NCBI GenBank assembly: GCA_013416795.1
Contig: RQSC01000018.1
Coordinates: 193,274-257,273 of the forward strand
Reading direction: 5' to 3'
DNA length: 64,000 nt
Source: Prasinococcaceae sp. CCMP 1430
Lineage: Eukaryota > Plantae > Prasinodermophyta
Position 1 is the stretch's first letter. The number at the start of each line of letters is the position of its first letter. The notes beneath the pieces were generated by a model. It was not told where the DNA came from. It saw nothing but the letters and a program-made list of their open reading frames with translations, and did not search any database. Of the stretch, positions 10,311 through 20,609 are shown in pieces. The translations under genes and the position numbers were made by a program.

Positions 10311-11747
10311 ATGCTGGCGCGCGACGATGGCGAGGTTCCACTGTGGGAATTACCAGCGCCGGACGTCGGCGCAGCGCAGGTGGATGCAGGCGCGCAGTCC
10401 TTGGAGCACGTGCAGCGCCGGCGTCGCAAGCGGCGGGCATGCAGCGGACCAGGCTTAGGAGGGGCGCGCGATGGAGTACTGGTAGACGCGCTGACGCGAC
10501 TGGCGGCGTGCTCGTCCGGCCACGATACTGTCGCCGCGCTGCGAGCACTGCAACGCGCTGCGGCCGATCCGTCCACCAGTGACGCAGCGCGGTGCGCGGC
10601 AGCTGTCGCAGTGCGTGCCGTTCTGGAACGCCCGCCACCACTGCATGTCAGCGCTCGCACCGCAGCGCAGAGCATGCTGTGTGGAGGTGGTGGGGGCGGC
10701 AGCAACGACCGAGAGTCGGACTTGTCTCTGCCTTCAGATGTGCTCGAAGCGCTCATGAGCTCGGCGCAGCCGCCCCCATCATGGCTAACGCCGTGTGCAA
10801 CCGCCGAGGGTGGCATGCCCGCGACGCAAGCAGGGAGCGCTGATCGCGAAGAGATGGCTCGGCATAAGGCTGAGGCAGCGATGGTCGACAATGGCGGGCG
10901 TTGCCCTGACTCTGGTGTGATGGATACCGAAGAGGCTGGCTCGGCCACCGACGTAGGCCTGGGCGAGGAATTGTGCAGCTGGGCGGAGATTTCTGACGCA
11001 TTGCCAGGGGAGAGAGTCGCCGCGGCTGCACGCGCGCTCGCCGAGCTTCTTTGCACCCACGCCGAGGCCGTCTTCTCCGAGGCGCTGCAGCTAGCGTGGC
11101 GGTCCTTGCGCGATGACAGCGTGCGAGTGTTGCTCCAGGAAGTCCTTGGTGATCATGGCCCGGACGCGGCCGTTCCTGTGGTACGCTACTCGTTGAGCCA
11201 TGCAGCGCGCGTGGCACTCTTGCGAGCTATGCTGCTCCCGCGCCTGCTGTCGCTGAGTGCACCTGCAGCCCGTGAGCTGCAAGCCGCGGCGCTTGTGGCC
11301 GCCAGCGCTTGCCCCGCAGCCGCTGCAGACGTGCTCGTGATCAGACTGCTCTTCGCGGAGGGGTCGGGGCCCATGCAGGGCGACGTCGCGGCGCGAGTCA
11401 CTGCAGCCTTGCCAGCCGACGTTCGCCCTGAGCTCTTGCAAACGCTTTGCGCGCACTCCGCGGCGTGGTCGGAGCAGACGTGCACCGTGGCCTTGGCATC
11501 GCTCTCGCCGCCGCGTGCAGGAGTTTCCTCATCACACATCAGGGACATCGCCGCGGCGCTGCGAGCGTCTGTCGCAGCCCGGCCGCAACTTGCGCGAACG
11601 CAGAAATTTGGCAAGTTGCTGCACGAAATCGCGACCAAGCTTGATGCAGGCCTTATTTGCGACCACAAGGGCGAGCTGATGGAGCTCGCGTCGGCCGGAA
11701 AGGGCATGCTAGCTAAGGCAGCTCTCAGCAGGCTCAAGAAGCTCTGA
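10311..11747 (+). CDS. FANCE-like protein (Fanconi anaemia E C-terminal helical domain); start uncertain
   Basis: The C-terminus (QKFGKLLHEIATK...LAKAALSRLKKL) and preceding helical repeats resemble the FANCE C-terminal domain. Recognised by eye only. Confidence 0.55.
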   Translation: MLARDDGEVPLWELPAPDVGAAQVDAGAQSLEHVQRRRRKRRACSGPGLGGARDGVLVDALTRLAACSSGHDTVAALRALQRAAADPSTSDAARCAAAVAVRAVLERPPPLHVSARTAAQSMLCGGGGGGSNDRESDLSLPSDVLEALMSSAQPPPSWLTPCATAEGGMPATQAGSADREEMARHKAEAAMVDNGGRCPDSGVMDTEEAGSATDVGLGEELCSWAEISDALPGERVAAAARALAELLCTHAEAVFSEALQLAWRSLRDDSVRVLLQEVLGDHGPDAAVPVVRYSLSHAARVALLRAMLLPRLLSLSAPAARELQAAALVAASACPAAAADVLVIRLLFAEGSGPMQGDVAARVTAALPADVRPELLQTLCAHSAAWSEQTCTVALASLSPPRAGVSSSHIRDIAAALRASVAARPQLARTQKFGKLLHEIATKLDAGLICDHKGELMELASAGKGMLAKAALSRLKKL

Positions 11748-11869
11748 GCGCCATTGTCAGACTAAAGTGGGTTCGCACAGCAGCGCCGGGCCCTGGTCAT
11801 CGACTGCTTATGAAAGAATCGTTAATAGCAAAAATGGTAGTGTATATGTACAACACGCCACGGCCGTGC

Positions 11870-14800
11870 CTAGGCGAGGCTGTCCAGGCTCGCCGTGCTC
11901 GTGCTCGAGACCATGCTCGCCAGGCTCACGGTTGAGTCTGAGTTGCCGAAGCGCGACTTCTTGACGCGCTTGCCCTCGTTGGGGTCGACAATCATCTTGA
12001 CGGTGCCGTCCTCCACGCGCCACACCTCGTTGCAGACGCTGTCGATGAACGCCTGGTTGTGACTAATCACGACGACGCCACCCTTGAAGTCACGGAGCGC
12101 TTTCGTAAGAGCGGCGAGCGTGTCGTTGTCCAAGTAGTTAGTCGGCTCATCCAGGGCGATCAGGTGAGGCTTGCTCCACATGGCCGCCGCGAGAACCAGG
12201 CGCGAACGCTGGCCCGCCGAGAAGCGGCGGATCTTGGAGTCCGCCAGCAGCGGACCGATGCCGAAGTCGTTGAGGTGCTTACGCACCTCGTCCACAGTGA
12301 TGGGGCGGATGGCCAGGCCGGACGCCTCCGCCTTCATCGTTTCGTCGTAGTTCTTGCACAGCTTGAGGACGTACGAGGCCTTGTACTTGAGGGACTGGAG
12401 GGGCTCCCAGAAGGTCTTGTCAGAGTGTCCATTCTTGGTGAGCTCGTAGAAGAGGTCCTTGCCGCGCTCCTGGCGACCCACAACAGCATTGATCTCGGCG
12501 GGCTTTTGCCGCATCTCCTCTTCCTCCTCGGTGAGCTTGAGGAAGTCCATCTTGGCCACCTCGCGGTCCTGGCCCATGAAGAAGCGCTGCTGGATGTACA
12601 CGATGGGCGAAGTGTCCAGGTTGTCCTCAAGGTGATGCATCGAGTGCTGCGCCACGTAGGACATACGCAGGTTGTGGTGCTTCCACACCTCGCCCTTGAG
12701 CGGGTCCATCTCACCAAAGAGCAACTTCATAAGCGTCGTCTTGCCCGCGCCGTTGACGCCAGTGAGCGCCAGGCGCGCCGTCCGCGTGAGCTTCACGCTG
12801 ACGTCATTCAGCAGGAGCTTCTCCGGCGTGTAGCCAAAGGTCATGCCCTCCGCCTTCATCACAGGCTTCGAGCGCGTGCGCAGGCCCTCGAGCACGCCGC
12901 CATCGGGAAAGACGATCGGCAGCGCCGAGGGACGGTTCGCCTCCTCGACGCGCTTGCGCTCCGCCTCCTTGGCGGCGGCGGCCTCTTCTGCCGTGGGCGC
13001 GGCCTCGCTCTTCGCACCGGTGCCAAGCTCAGCCTTGCGCGCCTCGAGGTCCTTCTCGGCCGCGGCGTCAGCCTTCTTGGCGGCGTTCTCCACGGTGGGT
13101 AGGCCGGCGACGATCTCTGGGTTGGCGGCCTGGAAGTCGTTGAAGCCACAGTCGTGGTAGGAGAGCATCTGGTCGTGGATGTGGATAATATTGGTGCACA
13201 CGTCGTCGAGGAAGGTGTACTCGTGGGACACCACCAGCACAGTCACGCCGGGCAACTTCACCTGCAGGTACTCTGTGAGCCACGCCACAGACTTGACGTC
13301 CAGGTGGTTCGTGGGCTCGTCGAGGATGAGAAGGTCGGGCTCGTGCAGCATGGAGCGCGCGATGGCGAGCTTCATGCGCCATCCTCCCGACAGCGCCGAC
13401 ACGGGGCCCTCGCGCATGGCGTCGCTGAAGCCCACATCCGTGAGCGACGACACCAGCGTCTCCTCGGAGGTGCCCTTAGGCACCATACCGCGCATGAAGT
13501 TGATGACCGTGTCGTCCTTCTCGCTCAGGATTTCGTGCGCCACGTAGTAGCACTTGACGTCCGCTGGGAACCCGTTGATGTCGCGTGCCGCCACGCGGGT
13601 GAGCAGCGTGGTCTTGCCCACGCCGTTCTGGCCCACGATGCCGTAGCGGCGGCCGCGCTCGAGTAGCAGGCTGGTGCGGCGCAGCAGCACGCGGCCGGTG
13701 AAGGCCAAAATAATGCCCTCAAGCTGCACGAGGTAGTCGCGTTTGGGGTCCGGGTGCACGTTCGACTGTGGGGAGCCCTGCGCGTCGCGCACGATCTTCT
13801 CCATTGCCTTGGCGAGCTCAGCCACTCTGGCGCTCTCCACGCCGGCGGACTTGGCGATGGGCTTGAGCGCGGCCTGCAGTGCGGACGCCACGGGCGAGAG
13901 GCGAGGCGTGCCCTCATACGCACCGCACAGCTTGGCGGCGTGCGCAGCGAGCTCGGGTGCCAGGCCCCACTCGGCGATGGCCTTGGTCGCCGCCTCCTCG
14001 ATGGCGGCGACGGTCGCTTTGGCCTTGGTCTCGACCGCGTCGGCCTTGGTGTCGCCTAGGCCCTTCGTAAGCACGTCCATGGCCACCTCGGCGGCGGCGC
14101 GCACCTCGGGCTGGTCGTGGTTGAGCGCCTTGTTGATTTCGTACGCCAGGGGCGGCGCGAAGGGTGCGATTGACGCCGGGTCCATCACGAGGTTGAAGAT
14201 GTTGCTCGCGGTCTGGCACGCCTGCTTCATGATCTCGGGCTTGCGGTCGCGGAGCGAGCGCAGCATGACGGGCACCATCAACGCAAGCGAGGGTGAGTCG
14301 ATGGAGTTGACGAACGTGATGTCCATGAGGCGCTCCAGGCACGCGGCCGTCTCCTTGTCGGGGCGCGTGAGCGCGCCGACGAAGAGCTCCATGAGGGTCT
14401 GCGTCTCAGCGTTCTGCACGACGCCGCACACGGTGGGCATGGCCGCGACGGCCGCCGCGTGGACCTTGTCGTGCGTGTCGGCGACGCTGTCCATCATGGC
14501 GGGCATGACTGCCGGCAGGCTCTGCTCCATCTGCGCGGGCGCCGCTTTGGCAATGTCCTTCACCAGCTTGAGGCACCCCTCCTTGGTGCGCCACTGCTTG
14601 TCGTGCATACCTACGAGCAGCATGGGGAAGGCAAGCTTCGCCGCGGGCGCCGAGCACTTGGAGAAGAACGTCTTGCCAGCCTTCAGCGCGGCCTTGCGCG
14701 CGTCCTTGTCGGAGTCGCCCTGAGCTGCCACGAGCAGCGGGAATAGCTCGAGCGCCGCGGGTTCGAAGGCCCAGCCGAGCCCGCGCACGAGCCCCTCGAA

Positions 14801-15157
14801 CGTCGCGGCCGCCGCCTCTCGTGAGCCCGCGTCCTTGCGCTCGCCGAACATGCGGCGCAGCTCGCCCACCGCGCCAGCCGCGGCCAGCGCGTCCGCGCCT
14901 GCCGACTTGGCGGTGCCTCCTACGCTGAACGCCGCCGCGCGGCGCTCCTCGGAACTCCCCACGCTCAGCGTCGCCGCGAGCTGCGCCGCGAGAGCGTCGG
15001 CCGCTGCCGCCGCGTCGAGCTCTTTGGCGGCCGCCGCCGCAGCATCGAGCGCCACGAGCGCTGCATCCCTCTCCTTCTTGCCGCCCTTGGCATCCATGGC
15101 GGCGGACGACCCCTCCTTCTGCTTGCTGTCGAAGCGGGTCCCTGTCTTAATCGCCAT
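11870..15157 (-). CDS. Translation elongation factor 3 (eEF3)-like ABC-F ATPase
   Basis: N-terminal HEAT repeats (WRTKEGCL, IDSPSLALMVPV), ABC1 (GQNGVGKTT, LSGGWRMK, LDEPTNHLD) and ABC2 (GVNGAGKTT, FSAGQRSR, LDEPTNYLD) with a chromodomain-like insertion. ATG at 15157 (MAIKTG). Confidence 0.88.
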   Translation of the reverse strand: MAIKTGTRFDSKQKEGSSAAMDAKGGKKERDAALVALDAAAAAAKELDAAAAADALAAQLAATLSVGSSEERRAAAFSVGGTAKSAGADALAAAGAVGELRRMFGERKDAGSREAAAATFEGLVRGLGWAFEPAALELFPLLVAAQGDSDKDARKAALKAGKTFFSKCSAPAAKLAFPMLLVGMHDKQWRTKEGCLKLVKDIAKAAPAQMEQSLPAVMPAMMDSVADTHDKVHAAAVAAMPTVCGVVQNAETQTLMELFVGALTRPDKETAACLERLMDITFVNSIDSPSLALMVPVMLRSLRDRKPEIMKQACQTASNIFNLVMDPASIAPFAPPLAYEINKALNHDQPEVRAAAEVAMDVLTKGLGDTKADAVETKAKATVAAIEEAATKAIAEWGLAPELAAHAAKLCGAYEGTPRLSPVASALQAALKPIAKSAGVESARVAELAKAMEKIVRDAQGSPQSNVHPDPKRDYLVQLEGIILAFTGRVLLRRTSLLLERGRRYGIVGQNGVGKTTLLTRVAARDINGFPADVKCYYVAHEILSEKDDTVINFMRGMVPKGTSEETLVSSLTDVGFSDAMREGPVSALSGGWRMKLAIARSMLHEPDLLILDEPTNHLDVKSVAWLTEYLQVKLPGVTVLVVSHEYTFLDDVCTNIIHIHDQMLSYHDCGFNDFQAANPEIVAGLPTVENAAKKADAAAEKDLEARKAELGTGAKSEAAPTAEEAAAAKEAERKRVEEANRPSALPIVFPDGGVLEGLRTRSKPVMKAEGMTFGYTPEKLLLNDVSVKLTRTARLALTGVNGAGKTTLMKLLFGEMDPLKGEVWKHHNLRMSYVAQHSMHHLEDNLDTSPIVYIQQRFFMGQDREVAKMDFLKLTEEEEEMRQKPAEINAVVGRQERGKDLFYELTKNGHSDKTFWEPLQSLKYKASYVLKLCKNYDETMKAEASGLAIRPITVDEVRKHLNDFGIGPLLADSKIRRFSAGQRSRLVLAAAMWSKPHLIALDEPTNYLDNDTLAALTKALRDFKGGVVVISHNQAFIDSVCNEVWRVEDGTVKMIVDPNEGKRVKKSRFGNSDSTVSLASMVSSTSTASLDSLA

Positions 15158-15293
15158 CGCCGCCGGAGGCGGAGGGGGGGGGGCGCGAGTGCGCGCGCGT
15201 CGCCCCCAGCACGCGGTGTGGCGCGCCGCGCCGCGCGAGCCCCACCCGCGCGCCCCCCGCGCCGCGGCGGCCGCGCCCGTGGCTCGCGAGGCG

Positions 15294-15310
15294 AGGGTTT
15301 GGGGTTTGGG
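15294..15310 (-). promoter_or_regulatory. Telo-box-like AAACCCT motif upstream of eEF3
   Basis: The plus strand reads AGGGTTTGGGGTTTGGG about 140 nt upstream of the eEF3 ATG. Telo-boxes typically mark plant translation-machinery genes. Confidence 0.4.
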
Positions 15311-16733
15311 TCCAAAGAAGAACCCAAACAAAATCCAGGCACCAGAACGCGAAAACACCAACCATACTACTGTGCCATGATGGTACAGATTGGATTTGAT
15401 TCGGAATTTGGATAGGCTTGCAAACCCTTCGAACTGCGGCGTGCCCTGCGTCGGTTATTACGTATTTCGATTTCCGGAATCGGAATGGCTCCAAACAGGC
15501 TTTGTCTCTCGCGCGCGGAGAGGCGAAATGGTGCCGTCGATCGATGGCGCGCGCGCGTGCCGCGCGCGCGCGTTTTCAGATGGTCGTGTCGATAGGGACA
15601 GTGGGAATCTCGTGCATCCATTCATGCAAGTCACGAATTGGATGACGAGGCGTTTGGCTACCTTCAGAGAAACATACCATCCGGATGGTAGGTCCTTAAG
15701 TGTTTTCACTCTACCCCCTAAGTGTTCCTTAAGTGTTTTGACACATGTATTCAAAGACCCCAGTTGAATTTCTTCACATGTTTTCGCACGCGCGCGCGAG
15801 AGCGCAGCGATGCGGCGGGAGCCCGGCAGCAGCGCTCGGTGTGTAGCCCGTGGGGTGGGGCGGGGCGGGGCCTGCTCGCGCGAGCCGCCGCAGCAGCCGC
15901 CGCACGCGCGCTTTTTCTGCACCGCGCCGAATTCCCGGGGACGCGAGCGCCATCCGGGGCGCAGCGCTTGCGAATCGCCACCAATCGGCGGATTTTCAAC
16001 GGGACGAATCCGGTCCGCGCTTTTCTGCGGCGCGTTCTGCTTGTGCGCGCGCCAATTCGCGGGGCGTGAAAGCGCGCGCCCGCGCGGTGCGTTCCGCTGG
16101 CGGGCGCCGCGGAAGGGCGCGCGCGAATTGGCGGACGCTCCGCAGCGCGCGTTGACTGGCCTCTGGGGGGGCTTCGCAGCGGCGTGAGGTTTGGGTTCGT
16201 GGAAGATGCGCATCTGTTGTGATGGTACTTCCTACGGTAAAGAGGGCACCATCAGATGATACCATCCTGGATGGCAAATTATTTGGGTTCAGGGTTTGCG
16301 TAAAAAGGCTCGGCTCGCGCGCGCGCGCGCCCCCCCGTGGTGACGGGGCGCTCCTCGCGCGCGGGCCTGGGCGCGGACGCCGCGGCCGGCCGCGCGTCGC
16401 GCGCGCCGAGTGAGGCCTCGGCCGGCCGGATGGGGCCTGCTCCTCTCGCTCGCGGCCGGTGCAGGTTTAGGTTTCAGTGGTGTTGTTTGGGGTTTGATCC
16501 TCTGAGGGTTGTGTGTTCTTTTAGGTCGAGGGCGCCCCGGCCTCGGGTGTGCTCGAGCAGGCTGCCGCGGTCGTCGCGCGAGCCACAGCGCGCCCCGAGG
16601 GGCGCGCCCACCCACCGACCCGCCCACGCATCGACCACACCTCGCCTGAGCGGAGGCGGCGGCAGCGACGGCGGCGGAGCGCGGCGCCGCCGCGCTTTCT
16701 TCGCCGTTCCCAGGTGGTCCTCGAGCGAGCGCC

Positions 16734-17579
16734 ATGGAGGGCGTCGTGGAGTGTCCGTCGGGCACCGCGCGGGGCATCGCGTCGCGCTGGGCGTCGAGTG
16801 GGCCGCCCTGTGGCGGGCGATGCATGGCCAGCCATGGCGTGCCGGGGTTCTGTTGGTGCACGCTGTCGACGGAGGCGCGCGCGGCGTTCGCAACAGGGAG
16901 CGCAGGGCTGGTCTCCGGGGGCGCGTCACCGCCTCCGTGGCCCGCCTCCAGCTTGCCGCTCGCTGCGCAGGTGCAGGAACGCAGTGACGCGAACGTGCTG
17001 CCACCGACGCCCGCGGCCGAGCGTCACGACGCCGGGCCTGATGGCCGCGCCGGTGCGAGCGGGCGCCGCCTTTGCGTGCGCCTGTGGTGCGATGAGAGCC
17101 TCGCGCCGAGCAGCGACGGCACCCATACTCCCGGGACCAACACGCGCAGCCAGGGCAGGGTGCCACACGAGCATTCGCGAGGCGCTGCGAGGGTGGCGCT
17201 CGCGCCCTTGGCTGAGCCGGTGCCGCTCTCGCAGACCCTCGGCCCAGAGCAGCAGGGCCAATCTGTCGAGCATTGCGCGCCCGTGGAGGAAGAAAGGCCA
17301 GCGGGGCCGCGCCGTGCGCCCAGGCGGCGCAGACCGAAAGTTCCGCCGTGGCAGCGCTGGCGGTGCTCCGGCTGCTCTCGCGCGCTGCCTGAGGGCCACT
17401 CCGGCTGTCCGTATGCAGCAGCGCGCTCCTTCGACCTGGACCCACGCTACGGCCCGGCGAGTGGCCTGACGCGCCGCGAGCGCCACGCTCGCGCGCTCGG
17501 GCTCGGGCTCAAGCCGCCGGCGCTGTCGGATGAGGCGCTCTCGTACCCACCCACGGGCGCGGCCACGCGGTGGCTGTGA
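16734..17579 (+). CDS. POLD4: DNA polymerase delta subunit 4 (p12)-like; only the last ~55 codons are supported, start and exon structure unresolved
   Basis: C-terminal motif RSFDLDPRYGPASGLTRRERHARALGLGLKPP matches the p12 core FDL...YGP..G.TR.ER..RA..LGL.PP. Confidence 0.7.
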   Translation: MEGVVECPSGTARGIASRWASSGPPCGGRCMASHGVPGFCWCTLSTEARAAFATGSAGLVSGGASPPPWPASSLPLAAQVQERSDANVLPPTPAAERHDAGPDGRAGASGRRLCVRLWCDESLAPSSDGTHTPGTNTRSQGRVPHEHSRGAARVALAPLAEPVPLSQTLGPEQQGQSVEHCAPVEEERPAGPRRAPRRRRPKVPPWQRWRCSGCSRALPEGHSGCPYAAARSFDLDPRYGPASGLTRRERHARALGLGLKPPALSDEALSYPPTGAATRWL

Positions 17580-17741
17580 AGGAGACGCGCGTCAGAGCAC
17601 GCAGACATGTACTGTATCCTTATTGTATTTTTTTTAGCCGGTGTTCTATTTTGCATTCTTGCAGCGATTGCGTACGATGGACGGTGGCTGCACGGGCGGC
17701 GCACGTGAGTTGTTGAGCTTTCCCGCACGTGGGCAGGCTTA

Positions 17742-17762
17742 ACACACACACACACACACACA
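17742..17762. repeat. (CA)n microsatellite between convergent gene ends
   Basis: Run of acacacacac... Confidence 0.85.
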
Positions 17763-17810
17763 CTCCCCTGCTGCGTGTGCCCCGCCGGTGCGAGCAGCCG
17801 GCGAGCGTGC

Positions 17811-20084
17811 CTACACCTTGACGTTGGTGAAAGTCTTCCAAACGGCAGGATCGATGCGCTTAGTCATGGCCTTCACCTGCTGCCCGGGGCCGAGCTCGAA
17901 GAGCTCGTTCTTGCCCTTGCCGATGAGGGTCTTGACCGTGCTCTCCCAGAGCACAGGCTCGACCAGTTGCCGCTTGAGGAAGGCCTTAATGTCCTCGGCC
18001 TTCTCAAAGGGCATGGCGGTGACGTTGGAGTACACGGGAATCCGCGGGTCTTTGATGGTGACCTCGTCGAGCACCTTCGCGAGCGCCTCCGAGGCTGGCT
18101 GCATGAGCGGTGTGTGGAAGGCGCCCGACACGGCCACCTTCTGCGCCTTGAGGGCACCCTTGGCCGTCGCGAGCTTCTGTGCCTCGTCCAGGCACACGTG
18201 ATGGCCGCTCACCACGCGACCCTGCGGGAACAGCAGGTTGGCCACCTGGCACGTCTTGCCAGGCATCTTCTCTCGCACCGCCTTGCACACCGACTCGATC
18301 TCCGCATCGCCCAGGCCGACCACGCTAAGCATGCCGTGAGGGTCGCCGGACTCGGCCGCGGCGGCCATGCCCTCTGCGCGCACCTTCACCACCTTGATCG
18401 CGTCGTCGAATGACATCGCGCCGGCGAACACGAGTGCGGTGTACTCGCCGAGCGACAGGCCTGCCGTGCAGGAGCACTGCTCCACCTTCTGCGGGTCCTC
18501 GTTGCGCAGCTTCTCAACCGCCGCCAGCCCGCCAACGAAAAGCGCTGGCTGCGAGTGCACGGTATTGTCGATCTTCTCCTTGGGGCCATTTAAGCACACG
18601 TCCAGAAGGTCGTAGCCGAGCACCTTGGAGGCCTTCTCGAACATCTCTTTCACAGCGGGGATGTCGGCGACGTCCTTGCACATGCCCACAGCCTGCGAGC
18701 CCTGCCCGGGGAAGAGGAAGGCCACGGGCGTCTGCGGCGCTGCAGCGGCCGCCGCCTCAGCACTCGTGAGGCCCGCCATGGCGGCCGCCTCTGCGGTCGA
18801 CAGCCCCATGGCCTTCGCCTTCTTCAGCGCCTTAGCCTTTGCCTTCTCCTTCTCGCACTTGTCGCGCCACGCGATTTCCGGGTACGGGTGCTGGTAGTCA
18901 TAGTCCCACGCCTTGACCGTTTCAAGGCTGTAGTCGTACAGCGTCCACCAGCAGCCGATGTCCGGGTGCGGACGGCGGACCTTCGGGACATGGGCGTACT
19001 TCTTCTCGAGCGCCAGAATGCGCGTGCGCACGTCCTCATCGTCCATCGCGACGTCAATGGGCAGCTTCTCGCCCGGGTCCAGATACGGGTCGTATTCGAT
19101 CGTCCTCAGCGTGGTGTCAGCACCCTGTGACAAAAGGTACTCGTAGATCTCCGGGTATCCGTCGTGGTGGAACAGGTAGGCTGCGCGGTGAAGCGGGGTC
19201 ATGCCCTTGTTGTCCTGCTGGTTGACCTCCGCACCCATCTCGAGCAGGTGGGCAATCATGTCGAGTTGCTTGTAAGTCGTCGCGAAGTGGATCGGCGCGC
19301 CCGCCCCATTGTCCTGAGTGACGTAGTACGGGTCCGTCTTCATGACCTGCGGGTGGGCGAGGGCGCGCCCGAAGGGAAATGGATGCAGCGCGGTGCACGA
19401 CAGCGCGTGTGCGCGCGAGCGCGCATGCGTGTGTGTGCGTGTGTGTGGACGGGGTGGGGCAACGCGACCATGCGTCCGCGAGCGGCGAGAGTATGGCGTA
19501 CGAGCAAGCAGGCAGGGGAGCGTCAGAGCGCGCCCCTTCGCCCGCGCTGGCGAGGGCGTCGCTGAGGCGCTGCGCGCCGGCGCGCGCACACTCCCATTGC
19601 CAACGCCCGCCGCGCCCCGCATCGCACGCCGCACGCAGGCGGGCAGGCGGGCAGGCGGGCCTCGCACACCTCCCACGACCGTGCCGGCGCGCCAACGGGG
19701 GCGGCCGTTTTTTTTTCTTTCTTTTTTTCGAGTGGGCACCTCTTCGTCCGCCCGCGGCGGCGAGCGGCACCGAGCTCCGCGGCGCGGCGCAGCACGGCGC
19801 CGCGCGGCGGGGGTTGAGAGAGAGGCGGGATGGTGGTGACGCGCGCCTACGCACCACCTCGAGCTGCTCGGGGTTGCCGAGGCGGACGCAACTGTAGAAG
19901 GCAAATGGGGGGTACTTTGGCTGTGGCGGGAAGCTGAGAGGCGGGGGGCGTCAGCACAGCCGTCGCGGGCACGGAAAAACGGACCGTGCCCCTTCGCGCG
20001 CGCGCGCGCGCGTGCCGCCGCCGCTGCCTGCCTCTCGCGCGGGCGTGGGCGCGACGAGCCGCAGCCAGTCAGGTCGCGAGGCAT
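17811..20084 (-). CDS. Ankyrin-repeat + malonyl-CoA:ACP transacylase (FabD/MCAT) fusion; last exon 19346-17811, upstream exons about 19935-19855 and about 20084-20056
   Basis: Ankyrin motifs (APIHFA..QLDMIAHLLEMGAEVNQQDNKGMTPLHRA) are contiguous in one exon with FabD motifs (AFLFPGQGSQ, AGLSLGEY, VSGAFHT). Acceptor cag|GTC at 19346, donor at 19854. The 5' exon boundaries are tentative. Confidence 0.85.
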   Translation of the reverse strand: MPRDLTGCGSSRPRPRERQAAAAARARARAKGHGPFFRARDGCADAPRLSASRHSQSTPHLPSTVASASATPSSSRWCVGARHHHPASLSTPAARRRAAPRRGARCRSPPRADEEVPTRKKERKKNGRPRWRAGTVVGGVRGPPARLPACVRRAMRGAAGVGNGSVRAPARSASATPSPARAKGRALTLPCLLARTPYSRRSRTHGRVAPPRPHTRTHTHARSRAHALSCTALHPFPFGRALAHPQVMKTDPYYVTQDNGAGAPIHFATTYKQLDMIAHLLEMGAEVNQQDNKGMTPLHRAAYLFHHDGYPEIYEYLLSQGADTTLRTIEYDPYLDPGEKLPIDVAMDDEDVRTRILALEKKYAHVPKVRRPHPDIGCWWTLYDYSLETVKAWDYDYQHPYPEIAWRDKCEKEKAKAKALKKAKAMGLSTAEAAAMAGLTSAEAAAAAAPQTPVAFLFPGQGSQAVGMCKDVADIPAVKEMFEKASKVLGYDLLDVCLNGPKEKIDNTVHSQPALFVGGLAAVEKLRNEDPQKVEQCSCTAGLSLGEYTALVFAGAMSFDDAIKVVKVRAEGMAAAAESGDPHGMLSVVGLGDAEIESVCKAVREKMPGKTCQVANLLFPQGRVVSGHHVCLDEAQKLATAKGALKAQKVAVSGAFHTPLMQPASEALAKVLDEVTIKDPRIPVYSNVTAMPFEKAEDIKAFLKRQLVEPVLWESTVKTLIGKGKNELFELGPGQQVKAMTKRIDPAVWKTFTNVKV

Positions 20085-20609
20085 GGCTGCCAGTGCGCGG
20101 TGGCGGACCCTGCCCGCGAGCGAGTGCTGGCGCTCGCGTGCCGCGCTCGCGCTGTGGCGCGCGGCGCGCTCGCCCCGTCCTGCGCCCGCGCAGCCAGTGC
20201 CAATTCGGGGGGAGACGATCAGGCACACACCACACAAGCAAATTCTTACGCCGTCATAGTTTTTCCGAATTGCGTCTCAATCGCGGTTATTGCATTTTGA
20301 AACTGCGTTGTTCGAAGCGAGGAACAACAGAAGAGCTGGACAGTGCACGCCGGCACGACTCGCGCGCGGTGGCCCTCGAGGATGCGAGCAAGCGGCGAGA
20401 AACGGGGGCTTTTACGGTGCGCCCAGCTGCGCCTCGCGCTGCACCTCCCGCGAGCGGGTCTAGTCGCACGATCTTATCGCAGTGTTCGGTGTGCGCAAAG
20501 GCCAGGCATGGCTGGAGGGATGGGCAGAGGAAGTGCCGTGCGCTCGCACCATGCCGTGCTGGCCCGCCTGCAGTTGGGGGATTTGCACGCATCTCGTGGG
20601 CTCCGTGTG

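Noticed and set aside
12059-13102. Long opposite-strand ORFs overlapping real genes (also 7003-7977, 36604-38244, 50909-52573, 52006-53415 and others)
   Set aside because: These are antisense shadows expected from high GC and biased codon usage. They carry no recognisable motifs.
16289-16987. Separate gene between eEF3 and POLD4
   Set aside because: Several overlapping GC-rich ORFs on both strands lack motifs or clear splice signals, so none can be supported.
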